A stretch of DNA of 38,469 nucleotides from the NCBI GenBank assembly GCA_900128395.1, contig LT649316.1, positions 1 to 38,469 of the forward strand. The letters are read 5' to 3'. The notes beneath the pieces were generated by a model. The model did no database searches, was not told where the DNA came from, and saw only the letters and a program-made list of their open reading frames with translations. The number at the start of each line of letters is the position of its first letter. Position 1 is the stretch's first letter. Positions 20,936-31,574 of this stretch are shown one piece after another. This DNA comes from Stramenopiles sp. TOSAG23-2 (lineage: Eukaryota). Position numbers and translations under genes: made by a program.

Positions 20936-21407
20936 TTACGTAAGTTCGCATAGTGGTTTCGAAGGATCATTTTTATTTTCTTTGAAAAAACTTTGTGCAC
21001 TATTAAATTTCTTATTCAATTCCGGTGATTTAAAATCAGTTGTATCACTATCTAATTCAGTAATAGGCCTCATATTATTATTATCACTATTATTGATGGA
21101 GTGGTAATTATTATTGTCCATATAATTATTTTAATAACCAAAAACAAAAAGAATAAATTAGCAAAATTAAATAAATTATTTATATTATAATATTATATAC
21201 ACAGCGCTAACGATTAATGGCAGGAAAATTTATATACAGTAAATACACAATGGTTGCAATGTGAGAGAGGAATTGACGATAATGGATGTTGTTGGAATTG
21301 TACTATAATATATGTTTTTTTGATAAACCGTTTGTTTTTTTTTTGTGATTTTTATTATTATTTTTTTTTGAAAAAAATTATTTTTGATGGGAAACGTTTA
21401 CCTTAAA
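20936..21407 (-). pseudogene. Truncated second copy of the MFSD1 promoter and first ~56 codons (right copy of the direct repeat)
   Basis: MDNNNYHS...KNDPSKPL then CELT-stop. Offset is 2248 bp from the intact gene. Confidence 0.9.
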
Positions 21408-21600
21408 CATCTTGTATTTCAAATAGAATCAGAGCAGAGTTAGAGTTAGAGTAGTGATGGCCACGGACATCTCCGACGGCTACAATCCAAGGATTTTCTG
21501 GATTTTCTGCTTCTTCTCGTAATGTATAAATTTAAATTAATATATGAAGAGAGATACACATTATATTTTATATATAATTATTTTACGCATAATTTATTGT

Positions 21601-21658
21601 TTTAATTTACTCATGATAATTCTTACTCTTCAAAAGAATACAATAACTGAAATAATCT
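21601..21658. repeat. Dispersed short repeat B' (inverted partner of 9372-9429)
   Basis: 56/58 identity in reverse complement. Confidence 0.9.
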
Positions 21659-21837
21659 ATCTCACACTAGTGTGTTGATATTCTCATAATCGAGAATACC
21701 AATGAAGGTAAATAGATAGTATCAACTACTCATCATAGCTGATGGAAAACGTACATCATAGGAAGGCGGAGAATAAATTGTACCAATATTTTATATTTAA
21801 TTAAAAATAATTGTATTATAGAATAACTATACCTGGT

Positions 21838-22047
21838 ATAGTGCCGTTTTTTTAACTCAACAAACTCTTTAACTCCTCACGCGCAGCAAAATAAATACCA
21901 ACTGTAATGATGGAAGCAAATAAACTAAATCCCTGTTTAACAATAGTGCCGTTTTTTTAACTCAACAAACTCTTTAACTCCTCACGCGCAGCAAAATAAA
22001 TACCAACTGTAATGATGGAAGCAAATAAACTAAATCCCTGTTTAACA
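21838..22047. repeat. Tandem duplication, 105-bp unit, spanning the 7-TM gene stop codon
   Basis: 21838-21942 = 21943-22047. Confidence 0.95.
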
Positions 22048-23269
22048 ATGTGTATAGTAATTTGCTCACCAAAGGCTCGTAAACCTTTGCATTCATGATT
22101 ATTAATCCATGCATTAAATATAGCCTCTGACCAACCCAAACGTACTTTCGCATCTTGTATTTTTGAATCTGATAAATGTAATTTAATAGCATTTTCCCAT
22201 ACATTATTTGCTTTTCCTATACCTCGCAATGTATTATATAACCATCCCAAACACATCATCAAAAGAAAAGTAAATGCTATTAGTACACCTACACGAGAGT
22301 TTCCTCCAATACCAGGAGTAGCAATAAAAAATACGCCTATTGCTATCCAACAAATATTTGCAATTAGTTGATAAGTATAAAAAGAATTTAGCCCTGTCGA
22401 CATTTTTTGTGCAAAAATACTTATACGTTTTTGTTCTTTTGACAATTCATTTATGATTGACTTTGTATCGTTTGAAGTTATCAAAATGTTCCGAACATTT
22501 TTTAAGTATTTGGTTATTTTATCTTCCCAAATTGTAGACATAGAAGGAATCATTACAACTGCACCACCATATAAATTTGAGATAATTGCACTTGGAACTC
22601 CAACAATACATATGATCCAAGTTATATAAAAAGTATTTGGTCCAAGCTTTTCGGTCAAACTAAAGTTGTACGTAAACAAAATAACAAATATTGGCATCAT
22701 GACAGCCCCTATCAATACAACTCCAAAAATAATACCACCTTTGATTTCTGTATTTAATCTTTCTACTAATGCTTTATCTGACAATAAAATATCTAAGAAA
22801 AAGCCTTTTGAAAAATCAGGGAGGGGTAAAAAATCACATAAATGACCAAGTAGAAACAAAAAGCCAACTGAAATCCCAATAACAAGCGATCCAGCCATTT
22901 GTGAAAAAACAATTATGGTATGCAGATGACCACACAAGATTAGTAGCAATAATATACGAAACACTCCCTTGTTTGCTAAAGCTTTAATAGTAAACTTCAT
23001 ATAATATGGCAATTCTTCCAGACTATTTATTTCTCTTCTATTCATTATTGAAGTAATTTCTTCTTCCTCGTCCTGTTTGCTAAAGCTTTAATAGTAAACT
23101 TCATATAATATGGCAATTCTTCCAGACTATTTATTTCTCTTCTATTCATTATTGAAGTAATTTCTTCTTCCTCGTCCTCGTCCTCCCTCATGATTTGTTC
23201 CCGTTCCCGATCTTCATCGTGAACATTATTATTGATGGTAGGCTGGACAGTATATGTTGAATTTTTCAT
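21957..23269 (-). CDS. Seven-TM membrane protein, candidate gustatory-receptor-like (7TMIC / DUF3537-like); split by a 104-bp duplication (402 aa if collapsed)
   Basis: Seven hydrophobic segments, a long charged loop between TM4 and TM5, and C-terminal GLRAFGEQIT plus a terminal helix. 1313-104 = 1209 nt = 403 codons. The gene is well supported; the family call is inferred. Confidence 0.65.
22970..23177. repeat. Tandem duplication, 104-bp unit, in the 5' coding part of the 7-TM gene
   Basis: 22970-23073 = 23074-23177. Confidence 0.95.
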
Positions 23270-23765
23270 TCTTTTCTTCCGTTCTTCTCTTGTTGTTTCA
23301 TGTATTGTTATTATAATATATTACCTTGAACTGATGTGAAACATTATAGTTGGTATATATATGTATTAATTATTAATAGTAGTGCAATAATACAAAAACA
23401 ACTAACCAGCTCTAATAAATCAAATTGGGCACCTTCCATTATGATTAGTGCATTAGTGTTATATTTTTTTCATGAAATAATATATTTCATACATTTTTCG
23501 TATACTACTTAGCATAGCTTCCTAGTTAATTGCTCCTTTTTTGAAAAAAAATTATTTTGCACCTTTTTATGGATATTTTTATGTTGATAAATATGTAAAT
23601 TGATATTTCAGGAATATAGATAAATGATTTCATTAAGAAAAAATGGATAATATTTTCATCCGTGGTGTTGTTTTTTTTTTTTTGAGAATGCCTGGAATGC
23701 GAATATAGTATGGGAATAGCATTGAACACTAATATTATGATACTGTAGATGTCGGCTAAAACAGA

Positions 23766-23937
23766 TAGATGTTCCATTATTTTTTTTCTCAGCCAAAACA
23801 AAAATCCATTACTGTAGAAGAAAATGCTTTTTAGCCAAGGGCCATCCGCGGTAGATGTTCCATTATTTTTTTTCTCAGCCAAAACAAAAATCCATTACTG
23901 TAGAAGAAAATGCTTTTTAGCCAAGGGCCATCCGCGG
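23766..23937. repeat. Tandem duplication, 86-bp unit, intergenic
   Basis: 23766-23851 = 23852-23937. Confidence 0.95.
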
Positions 23938-24333
23938 AGGGTGAAATACTTTTCCGACAAAAAAAATAATTTTTTAGAAAAAAATGAAGCAAATTTATAA
24001 AATGTTTTAAATTACTTTTACTTTTAAACATTTTAGTTTTTAATGAACATGGTCATGGATATCAAAGTATAATTAGCCATAGGCTAAGCAATGATATTCC
24101 CATGCTATCAGACCCTTAAATATTTTTATAAAAGTCTCTTTTAATTCTGGAATTTTATAAATTGCGTATCTTTTATTTACCTGTTATCTCTTTGTAATCC
24201 CAATCTTCCAAAAAGAAAATGAGCATTATTAAGGAAATATGTTGTAAAATTAATAAAATAACATGATTAAAGTTTGATATGTTTGTACTAGATGATCCTG
24301 TCTCCAAATTTATATTTACTGATGAAATAACAA

Positions 24334-24715
24334 TATTTTTGACATAAAATACTCAAGTACAAAATATACATTGTATTATTTTTGATATAAAATACTCAAG
24401 TACAAAATATACATTGTATTCTTATTTTTATATATTTAAAAAATTAGTATACCAAAAAGCATGCCTAATGAGTTCTGTTTTAAAACTTAGTATACCAAAA
24501 CTCATGACTATTAGTTAAAATACCTTAGTTATATTTTAATTTTTTTTTATTTTTTTAACTGGTAGGCATGTATGTTAGTATACTAATTCATGATGTAAAG
24601 GATAAAGCTAGTATGATGAAATCACTTAAATGTGGAACACTAAAATATATATTTTGGTAAATAATATTATTAAAACGGCACACTATTGGAAAATAATATG
24701 CCATTTCGTTTCTAG
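24334..24715. repeat. Cluster of short direct and inverted repeats ending in a decayed hairpin plus CTAG (possible Helitron relic)
   Basis: A 43-bp tandem pair (24334-24419, one mismatch). TTAGTATACCAAAA..CATG.CTA units at 24442 and 24487 with an inverted copy at 24557-24588. Hairpin at 24673-24706, then CTAG|T. Confidence 0.55.
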
Positions 24716-24871
24716 TTATATGTACTTTCTGTTTTAGCCGACAAGGACAGTAGAAGAAACTTTTACATATCTATTTTATTGACAAAGGAATGTCAGTATT
24801 TATATAAAAGAAGGTTCAAACAAAGAACAATACAGCATTTTTTATTGATTTTTCATAACACAAGGAACCAT

Positions 24872-25131
24872 ACAGCTACATTCATATATGTCAAGATGGA
24901 GGAAGAAGAACAAAATGATGAAACTAGAAAAAGACGTTCATCCAGATCACGACGTTCGTTGCGTAGAAAATCATTTTCATTACAAACAATAGATCATGAA
25001 AACAGCTACATTCATATATGTCAAGATGGAGGAAGAAGAACAAAATGATGAAACTAGAAAAAGACGTTCATCCAGATCACGACGTTCGTTGCGTAGAAAA
25101 TCATTTTCATTACAAACAATAGATCATGAAA
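24872..25131. repeat. Tandem duplication, 130-bp unit, spanning the LCCL gene start codon
   Basis: 24872-25001 = 25002-25131. Confidence 0.95.
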
Positions 25132-27170
25132 ATGAGGAACAACAGAAACAAGACAACAACAACAATAATAATAATAATAATAATAAATCAAGACGTTCTA
25201 GTAGATCATCATCATCACGTCGATCAAGTCGTAGTGGCAGCATTAGTAAAGCAAGCACAAACGATAATGATACTACAAATACAACAGCATTAAATCAACA
25301 ATTATTACCTGGTGATAATAATGATAATAATATTAACACTTTCAATGATAATAATGAATATCAAAATTTAAATACAGAAGATTTAAATTGTTTCCAAAAA
25401 TGTTTATTATATACAAAATATCGCTGGAATATTTTTTCTAAGTATAAGAAATTCATGTTATACAATATGTTGATTATTGCTATTTTATGTTTTTTCATAT
25501 TTTCAAATTTAATGTTAACCTCTGTAACTGGTTATACAAAAAAACCACAAGTCATACCATGTTATGCAAAAGCATGGTTTGGAAAATCCGCATGTGGTGT
25601 GGATGGTGAATATTGCAAACCATTTAAAACTGATACATGGCAACCGGTACGATGTCCTGGTCGATGTGCATTTCAAGGTTTAAGTAAAGTATCCAATATC
25701 ATTGGTAGTGGACCATATAGAAGTGATAGTTGGTTATGTCAAGCAGCAATACATCGTGGTGTTTTAAGCGATAGAGGTGGATGTGCATTATATAAAATGA
25801 CTGGATATAGTATCAAGTTTGATGCTTCGACGAAAAATGGAGTTATATCAAACGGGTCTGCATTTTGGTTTCCAAGTACATTTGATATTAAAAAAGTTGA
25901 AGGTAGTTCATTTTGTTTTGATGAAACATTTAATTTTTTAATGATGTTTATCATGTTTTCTCATTCTACATGGATGTATTTTATGTTTCCATATTATACA
26001 AATGTTAAATGGAGATATATAATGTCTGTATTTTATGGAATGTTATATTTAGGATTAGTTGATCAAAGGGTTAATAAGAATTTTGAATACAAATTAAATC
26101 GCGCATTAAACGAAGTGGTTGTACTATTACCAATATTGTATATAATGTATTTAATAAATAAAGATTTTGCATTTAATATTGATGGTCAAAAAATGAATCA
26201 TAATAATAATTTGAATGGTCAATATGAAGAAATGACAATACTTGATGATAATGATAATAATGACAATAATATTAATATTGAATTGAATAATATTAGTATT
26301 AATGGTATTGGCAATGATGATGATGATAGTGATAAAATATCTCTAATCAGGTGGCGTGCAAAGTATATATATTTTCCATTCCTTCAATTATTGCCATTTT
26401 GGCTTGGGATAAATATCCATCTCTTTGTCTATTTTGTACCAGATTTTAGTATTACGCCAGATATTGTTAAATTATGCCAGCCATTTTCATTTTCATGTAT
26501 ACGTTTTATAATATTAATATCATTCATTTTTATCGTAGTCATATTTTTTGTCTATGCCCATTATGTTGAGAAAACATTGAAACAACGACTGTGTTTATAT
26601 TTTGTAATATTACTTTTATTTGTTTTCTTCCAAATGTTTTTAGGAAATGGATATCGCTTTCATTTACATCATTCTTTTTTAGGTTTTATATTATATTTAG
26701 GTGTTGGTTTAAAAAGGCGAAGTTTGTTATCGTTGTTTTTTGCATCATTTTTACTTGGATTAGTAATCAATGGGGTCATGAATTGGGGATGGGATGGATC
26801 GTTATGGGATCATGTTGGTGTTCCATTTAGTGGTGACGGTGGTGGTGGTGGTGGTAGTAGTAGTAGTAGTGGGCATTCCTCTCATCATCGAATAGAAGTA
26901 CCAGAATTGACTAATTCATCTTTAACTTCAACTAGTGTCAATATTATTTGGCAAAATAATTACACATTTGCGAAAAATGTTCGATTATACATGAATGATG
27001 TCATGATTTATCAAGATATAGTAAAACCATCTGTAAATAGTTTTGCAGTGAAAGATCTTTTACCAAATGGTGTTAAATATTTTTTTCAAATGGAATATAC
27101 ATCATTTAATATCAACCTGGTATTGTTAAAAAGTAAAAAATTATTTATTACAACGTTGAATGGTGGGTGA
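25026..27170 (+). CDS. LCCL-domain multi-pass membrane protein with a C-terminal beta-rich (FN3-like) segment
   Basis: CGVDGEYCKPF..RCP..C, IIGSGPYRSDSWLCQAAIHRGV...GGC, HLHH and GL.ING...WGW motifs. The likely start is MEEEEQ at 25026; the ATG at 24996 is put in frame only by the duplication junction. Confidence 0.85.
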   Translation: MEEEEQNDETRKRRSSRSRRSLRRKSFSLQTIDHENEEQQKQDNNNNNNNNNNKSRRSSRSSSSRRSSRSGSISKASTNDNDTTNTTALNQQLLPGDNNDNNINTFNDNNEYQNLNTEDLNCFQKCLLYTKYRWNIFSKYKKFMLYNMLIIAILCFFIFSNLMLTSVTGYTKKPQVIPCYAKAWFGKSACGVDGEYCKPFKTDTWQPVRCPGRCAFQGLSKVSNIIGSGPYRSDSWLCQAAIHRGVLSDRGGCALYKMTGYSIKFDASTKNGVISNGSAFWFPSTFDIKKVEGSSFCFDETFNFLMMFIMFSHSTWMYFMFPYYTNVKWRYIMSVFYGMLYLGLVDQRVNKNFEYKLNRALNEVVVLLPILYIMYLINKDFAFNIDGQKMNHNNNLNGQYEEMTILDDNDNNDNNINIELNNISINGIGNDDDDSDKISLIRWRAKYIYFPFLQLLPFWLGINIHLFVYFVPDFSITPDIVKLCQPFSFSCIRFIILISFIFIVVIFFVYAHYVEKTLKQRLCLYFVILLLFVFFQMFLGNGYRFHLHHSFLGFILYLGVGLKRRSLLSLFFASFLLGLVINGVMNWGWDGSLWDHVGVPFSGDGGGGGGSSSSSGHSSHHRIEVPELTNSSLTSTSVNIIWQNNYTFAKNVRLYMNDVMIYQDIVKPSVNSFAVKDLLPNGVKYFFQMEYTSFNINLVLLKSKKLFITTLNGG

Positions 27171-27398
27171 GCTGGAATGTATATCTATTAAAATATACAC
27201 ATCATCACTCCTGACGAGATGTGAATAAATACTGTTTTATTAAAAAATAAAATATTTTACGACGTACGAATTCGTATAAATAATGAGAGATATAAAATAT
27301 TTTTAAAAAAAAAAATAATTCGTGCGTGTTTAAAATTTTATCACGGTCTCCACCCCACCCCATCCCTACTGTAGTGACATTACAGTACATATAAGACT

Positions 27399-30131
27399 CT
27401 ACCGTTTTTCTACCTTCAATCCTTGAATGTATTCTTGATTTTTCTCATTATTTGCACATAAATTACGAATTGCCATAATACCCCACTCTCGTAACAATGG
27501 ATGTTTTACATCTAAATGTGCTAGACTTAAAACGATTGGTATTGCACCCATTTCTCGTATTTCATCCCGAGCTCTCATCGAAATAGCGAATAAATTTGCT
27601 AAAACACGTAATAGTAAAACAGGTGATATTGGAAAGGTTGGATTTGGTACATTCATAATTTGAACTGCAATTCCAATTTTACGTGGGTTTCCAAGACATA
27701 ACATGACGAATTTTAATAATGTGCTATTTAAGGCTATGGTGTCTTTGACTGCATCTGTTCCAAGAACAATTAAATCAGCAAATATTGACATTACTACAGT
27801 TATTGTATCTATTAGAAAAGACTCCCATACTTCCATTTTCTTATCCTCTTGTCTAACTTCATTCTTATTGTTGTCATTTTTACCAACATCATTATCATGA
27901 TTATCATCTGGTAAAATGAGGTTATCGAGCATATTAATTAATGAATTGACATCTTTTATTGTAATCTTTTGGAACATTTGTGTATTTACCAATTCTTTTG
28001 TTTCATAATCATCATCATGGGTAGACAAATCATGTTCGTTAGGAGGAACAACAGCAGCTCCAGCGGTATCTACACCACAACTCCGTGATAAAAACGATAC
28101 TAATATCCGTTGTTCCATTGATATTTGTACAGGACTTTCTTTTGACGGTTTTACAACATTTAATGCTTTATGAAACATGCCAACTTTCAGTATCGTTTCA
28201 AACATAATTTCTACCCATACAAACCCTGGGTCATCTTTTTGCTCTGATATTGCATGCGTTAAGATGGATGATAAAATAGTATTGTGTTTAGATTTATCAT
28301 CATTAGTTGATAATAATAAAATATATTCCAAACGATTTTTATGAGATTTGCTATAATTTGTATTCTCGTTATTACTACAATTGCAAAGGCAATTGTAAAT
28401 TATCATAATTATTACACCATATATCTTACGTCCCATACGTGCACCAACAATAATCATTTCTGAAAAACAATTTTTAGCCATACAAAATTCCCATACAATT
28501 GTTTGGTTTCGTTCACACATGGCAATACTATTGCCAATAAATTGCAATGCAGCACTAACCGTATTAATACCCATCGCTCGCCAATCTTCCCCTGCATCTT
28601 TTGCAAAATCTTTTTCTCGTGTACGCATCATAACAAGGACAAATTCCAAGGCATTTAATAATGCACCTGATTTTTCAGCAATATATTGACTTGAAGGTTG
28701 ATTTGCACAAATATTTCTATAACATATAAATATTAATTTTAATATTCTCAATGCATCAATTTCCGCTATACCGGAAGTAAATGATTTTGACTGTATAAAT
28801 ATAGATGAAAAATATATCAATGTTTTTCCTAATGTTATTCCTAAACCAGATGATGCAGCTTCACCACGAAATTCTTCAATTTCAAAAGACATTTTTTTAA
28901 TACTGTTCAATATTTGTTCAACACTATTCATATTTATGGTTGTTGTTTTATTATTTGTAGTAGCAGCAGTAACAGTAGAATTTGTTGCATTGGATTGATC
29001 AATTACGTTTATTTGAAGATCGTGATTCAATTGTAATGCAAGTAAATATATTTTCCATTTTTTATATATATTTTGAATTGTTACATGAACATATTCAGAA
29101 ATGCTTTCTATTGATTCAGATGATTCAGATGATGATTGTTGTCGTATTTCTTTTAATAATATTTTTTTCCCATTTTTTGTTCGTGTTACTAATTCCTTTT
29201 GTGCAATTTTTTTTATTTGCTGCTGTGTTGATGAATTATTGTTGAATTCTTTTAACTCTATTTCCATGGCACTTTTTATAACCTGTCCAATTAATTTTTT
29301 ACATAAATTATCCATAAGATGAATTTGATTTTTTAATGTTAACAATCGATCAGATTCACGACGTGCAATTTCCTCAGCTGTCAATTCAATTTTACGTGGT
29401 ACAATCCCAGCTTTTATAATTAAATTTAAAAGCGTTTCGAATGTTTCAGTTACAAATATATTATCATCGATTTGTTTCAAAGTAGTATCTATCTCATAAT
29501 AATAATTATCATTTTGTGGCCATTCAAATATTTCATTCATTCGTTTAATTACATGTTCAGGAACATTTCCATGTCCAATTCGCTTTTGATTTCGAATCAA
29601 ACAAGTTTCCAAAGACGTTTTCAAAAATAATTGCCCAAAATAAAATTGTTCTTCCTGTGCCATTTTGTAAAATATATGTCTCATACTTTTGTAATAAAAA
29701 TTATCATCTAATAAAATGATATGTTTCATGGAAGGAGCGAAAGATGAAAAAAAAATTGATGGTAATACAAAACTTTCTACATCATCTGGCATATCAATAC
29801 CTGGTTCATCATTACTATTGTTGTTGTTGTTGTTGGAAGAAGATGATTTAAACAAATGAATTAAATATTTAACTTTTTCAACCACTTTTTGCCTAGAAGC
29901 TCGCCAAATATTTGCATTAAAAACATCTTGATCATTTAAATTATACACCTCATCAAAACTAATATAATATATAACTGGGGCACCAATCGATTTATTTTCT
30001 CTAGAGATTGTCTTTAAACCATCTACAAATGTTGTTTTACCAGCACCAGGTAATCCTCCAAGCAGGCAAATGCATATGTTGTTTGGAGTAACCTCAGTGG
30101 CAGGTGGCTCATCCTTTTCTTTTGATTTTAT
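27399..30131 (-). CDS. In-frame PSTK (L-seryl-tRNA(Sec) kinase)-like N-terminal part plus ataxin-10-like ARM protein; no in-frame ATG before the P-loop
   Basis: The frame extends 5' of the called ORF to a stop at 30159-30161 and encodes CLLGGLPGAGKTT and ISFDEV, then LLDDNFYYKSMR, CLIRNQKR and RMNEIFEWP. The C-terminus D..HPLLREWGIMAIRNLCANNEKNQEYI matches the ataxin-10 domain. Confidence 0.82.
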   Translation of the reverse strand: MKSKEKDEPPATEVTPNNICICLLGGLPGAGKTTFVDGLKTISRENKSIGAPVIYYISFDEVYNLNDQDVFNANIWRASRQKVVEKVKYLIHLFKSSSSNNNNNNSNDEPGIDMPDDVESFVLPSIFFSSFAPSMKHIILLDDNFYYKSMRHIFYKMAQEEQFYFGQLFLKTSLETCLIRNQKRIGHGNVPEHVIKRMNEIFEWPQNDNYYYEIDTTLKQIDDNIFVTETFETLLNLIIKAGIVPRKIELTAEEIARRESDRLLTLKNQIHLMDNLCKKLIGQVIKSAMEIELKEFNNNSSTQQQIKKIAQKELVTRTKNGKKILLKEIRQQSSSESSESIESISEYVHVTIQNIYKKWKIYLLALQLNHDLQINVIDQSNATNSTVTAATTNNKTTTINMNSVEQILNSIKKMSFEIEEFRGEAASSGLGITLGKTLIYFSSIFIQSKSFTSGIAEIDALRILKLIFICYRNICANQPSSQYIAEKSGALLNALEFVLVMMRTREKDFAKDAGEDWRAMGINTVSAALQFIGNSIAMCERNQTIVWEFCMAKNCFSEMIIVGARMGRKIYGVIIMIIYNCLCNCSNNENTNYSKSHKNRLEYILLLSTNDDKSKHNTILSSILTHAISEQKDDPGFVWVEIMFETILKVGMFHKALNVVKPSKESPVQISMEQRILVSFLSRSCGVDTAGAAVVPPNEHDLSTHDDDYETKELVNTQMFQKITIKDVNSLINMLDNLILPDDNHDNDVGKNDNNKNEVRQEDKKMEVWESFLIDTITVVMSIFADLIVLGTDAVKDTIALNSTLLKFVMLCLGNPRKIGIAVQIMNVPNPTFPISPVLLLRVLANLFAISMRARDEIREMGAIPIVLSLAHLDVKHPLLREWGIMAIRNLCANNEKNQEYIQGLKVEKR

Positions 30132-30311
30132 ATAAAGAACATATTTATTTATATATATTTATATAATATAATATTATACTATTTTATATACATATAGTAT
30201 AGTGATACCAAAAGAAACAACAAGATATTAATATTAATTGTATTATTAATTTTTTAATTTACAAAAAAAAACACAAAAAACAAACAAACAAGAAATATAT
30301 ACAACAAAAAC

Positions 30312-31574
30312 ATGGCGTCAATAGCAACAAATCAACAACAAGCAAATAATACACAACAAGCAAATAATGACAATTGGAAAGATTCAATAAAAGCACCTGC
30401 CAAAGATGGACGATTCAAAACGGAAGACGTAACAAAAACAAAAGGTAATGAATTTGAAGATTTTTTCTTAAAACGTGAGTTATTAATGGGTATCTTTGAA
30501 AAAGGTTTTGAACGACCATCGCCTATACAAGAGGAGGCAATACCAATTGCATTAGCAGGTAGAAATATATTAGCAAGAGCTAAAAATGGCACAGGAAAGA
30601 CAGGTGCATATGTCATCCCAACTTTGGAAAAATTGGATTTGAAACTAACGCACATACAAGCCTTGCTTCTCGTTCCAACAAGGGAATTAGCATTACAAAC
30701 AAGTGCAGTTGTACGTGATTTAGGGAAGCATATGAAAATTAATATTATGATATCAACTGGTGGTACAAACTTACGTGATGATATTATGCGCTTACAAAGT
30801 GTCGTGCATATCATGGTAGCAACACCAGGTCGTATATTAGATTTAGCAGAGAAAAACATAGCAAATTTGTCCAAATGTGGCTTAGTATGTTTAGATGAAG
30901 CTGATAAATTATTATCTCCAACGTTTGAACCAATTATTGAAAAATTAATTAATTTTTGTGCTCCAAATCGACAAGTTTTATTATTTTCCGCTACATTTCC
31001 AAAATCAGTCAAATCGTTTAAAGATCGCAATATTAAAAATCCATATGAAATTAATTTAATGGACGAGTTGACATTAAAAGGTATTACACAATACTACGCG
31101 TTCGTAGAAGAGCGACAGAAAGTTCAATGTTTAAATACATTATTTAAAAAATTGGACGTGAACCAATGTATTATATTTTGCAACTCTACACAAAGGGTCG
31201 AGTTGTTAGCAAAGCGAATTACGGAGCTTGGCGCATCATGTTTTTTCATACATAGTAAAATGAGGCAAGAGCACAGAAACCGTGTCTTTCATGATTTCCG
31301 ACAAGGGCAAACGAGACATATGGTAGCTTCCGATCTGATCACTCGTGGTATCGATGTGCAAACTGTAAATGTTGTCATCAATTTTGATTTTCCTCGTAAT
31401 AGTGAAACATATTTGCATAGGATAGGACGCAGTGGACGATTTGGGCATTTAGGTTTAGCAATTAATATGGTTACTTATGATGATCGTTTTGATTTATTTA
31501 GAATAGAACAGGAACTTGGTACGCAAATACAACCTATCCCAAGCGTGATTGATAGGAATTTATATTGCAAATAA
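30312..31574 (+). CDS. DDX6: DEAD-box RNA helicase DDX6/Dhh1
   Basis: [70 protein letters not shown] and [17 protein letters not shown]. Confidence 0.98.
   Translation: MASIATNQQQANNTQQANNDNWKDSIKAPAKDGRFKTEDVTKTKGNEFEDFFLKRELLMGIFEKGFERPSPIQEEAIPIALAGRNILARAKNGTGKTGAYVIPTLEKLDLKLTHIQALLLVPTRELALQTSAVVRDLGKHMKINIMISTGGTNLRDDIMRLQSVVHIMVATPGRILDLAEKNIANLSKCGLVCLDEADKLLSPTFEPIIEKLINFCAPNRQVLLFSATFPKSVKSFKDRNIKNPYEINLMDELTLKGITQYYAFVEERQKVQCLNTLFKKLDVNQCIIFCNSTQRVELLAKRITELGASCFFIHSKMRQEHRNRVFHDFRQGQTRHMVASDLITRGIDVQTVNVVINFDFPRNSETYLHRIGRSGRFGHLGLAINMVTYDDRFDLFRIEQELGTQIQPIPSVIDRNLYCK

Noticed and set aside
21613-21650. C/D-box snoRNA within repeat B' (ATGATAA...CTGA)
   Set aside because: The C box is imperfect, the span is too short and no rRNA guide was recognised. 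An Infernal search would be needed.
23526-24031. ORFs 23526-23882 and 23831-24031
   Set aside because: The composition is that of AT-rich non-coding DNA, part is created by the 86-bp duplication, and no domain is recognisable.
30332-31030. Long antisense ORFs (also 15788-16522, 17900-18253, 32863-33255, 33861-34157, 34654-35022)
   Set aside because: They are shadows of strongly supported genes on the other strand or frame and have no motifs of their own.
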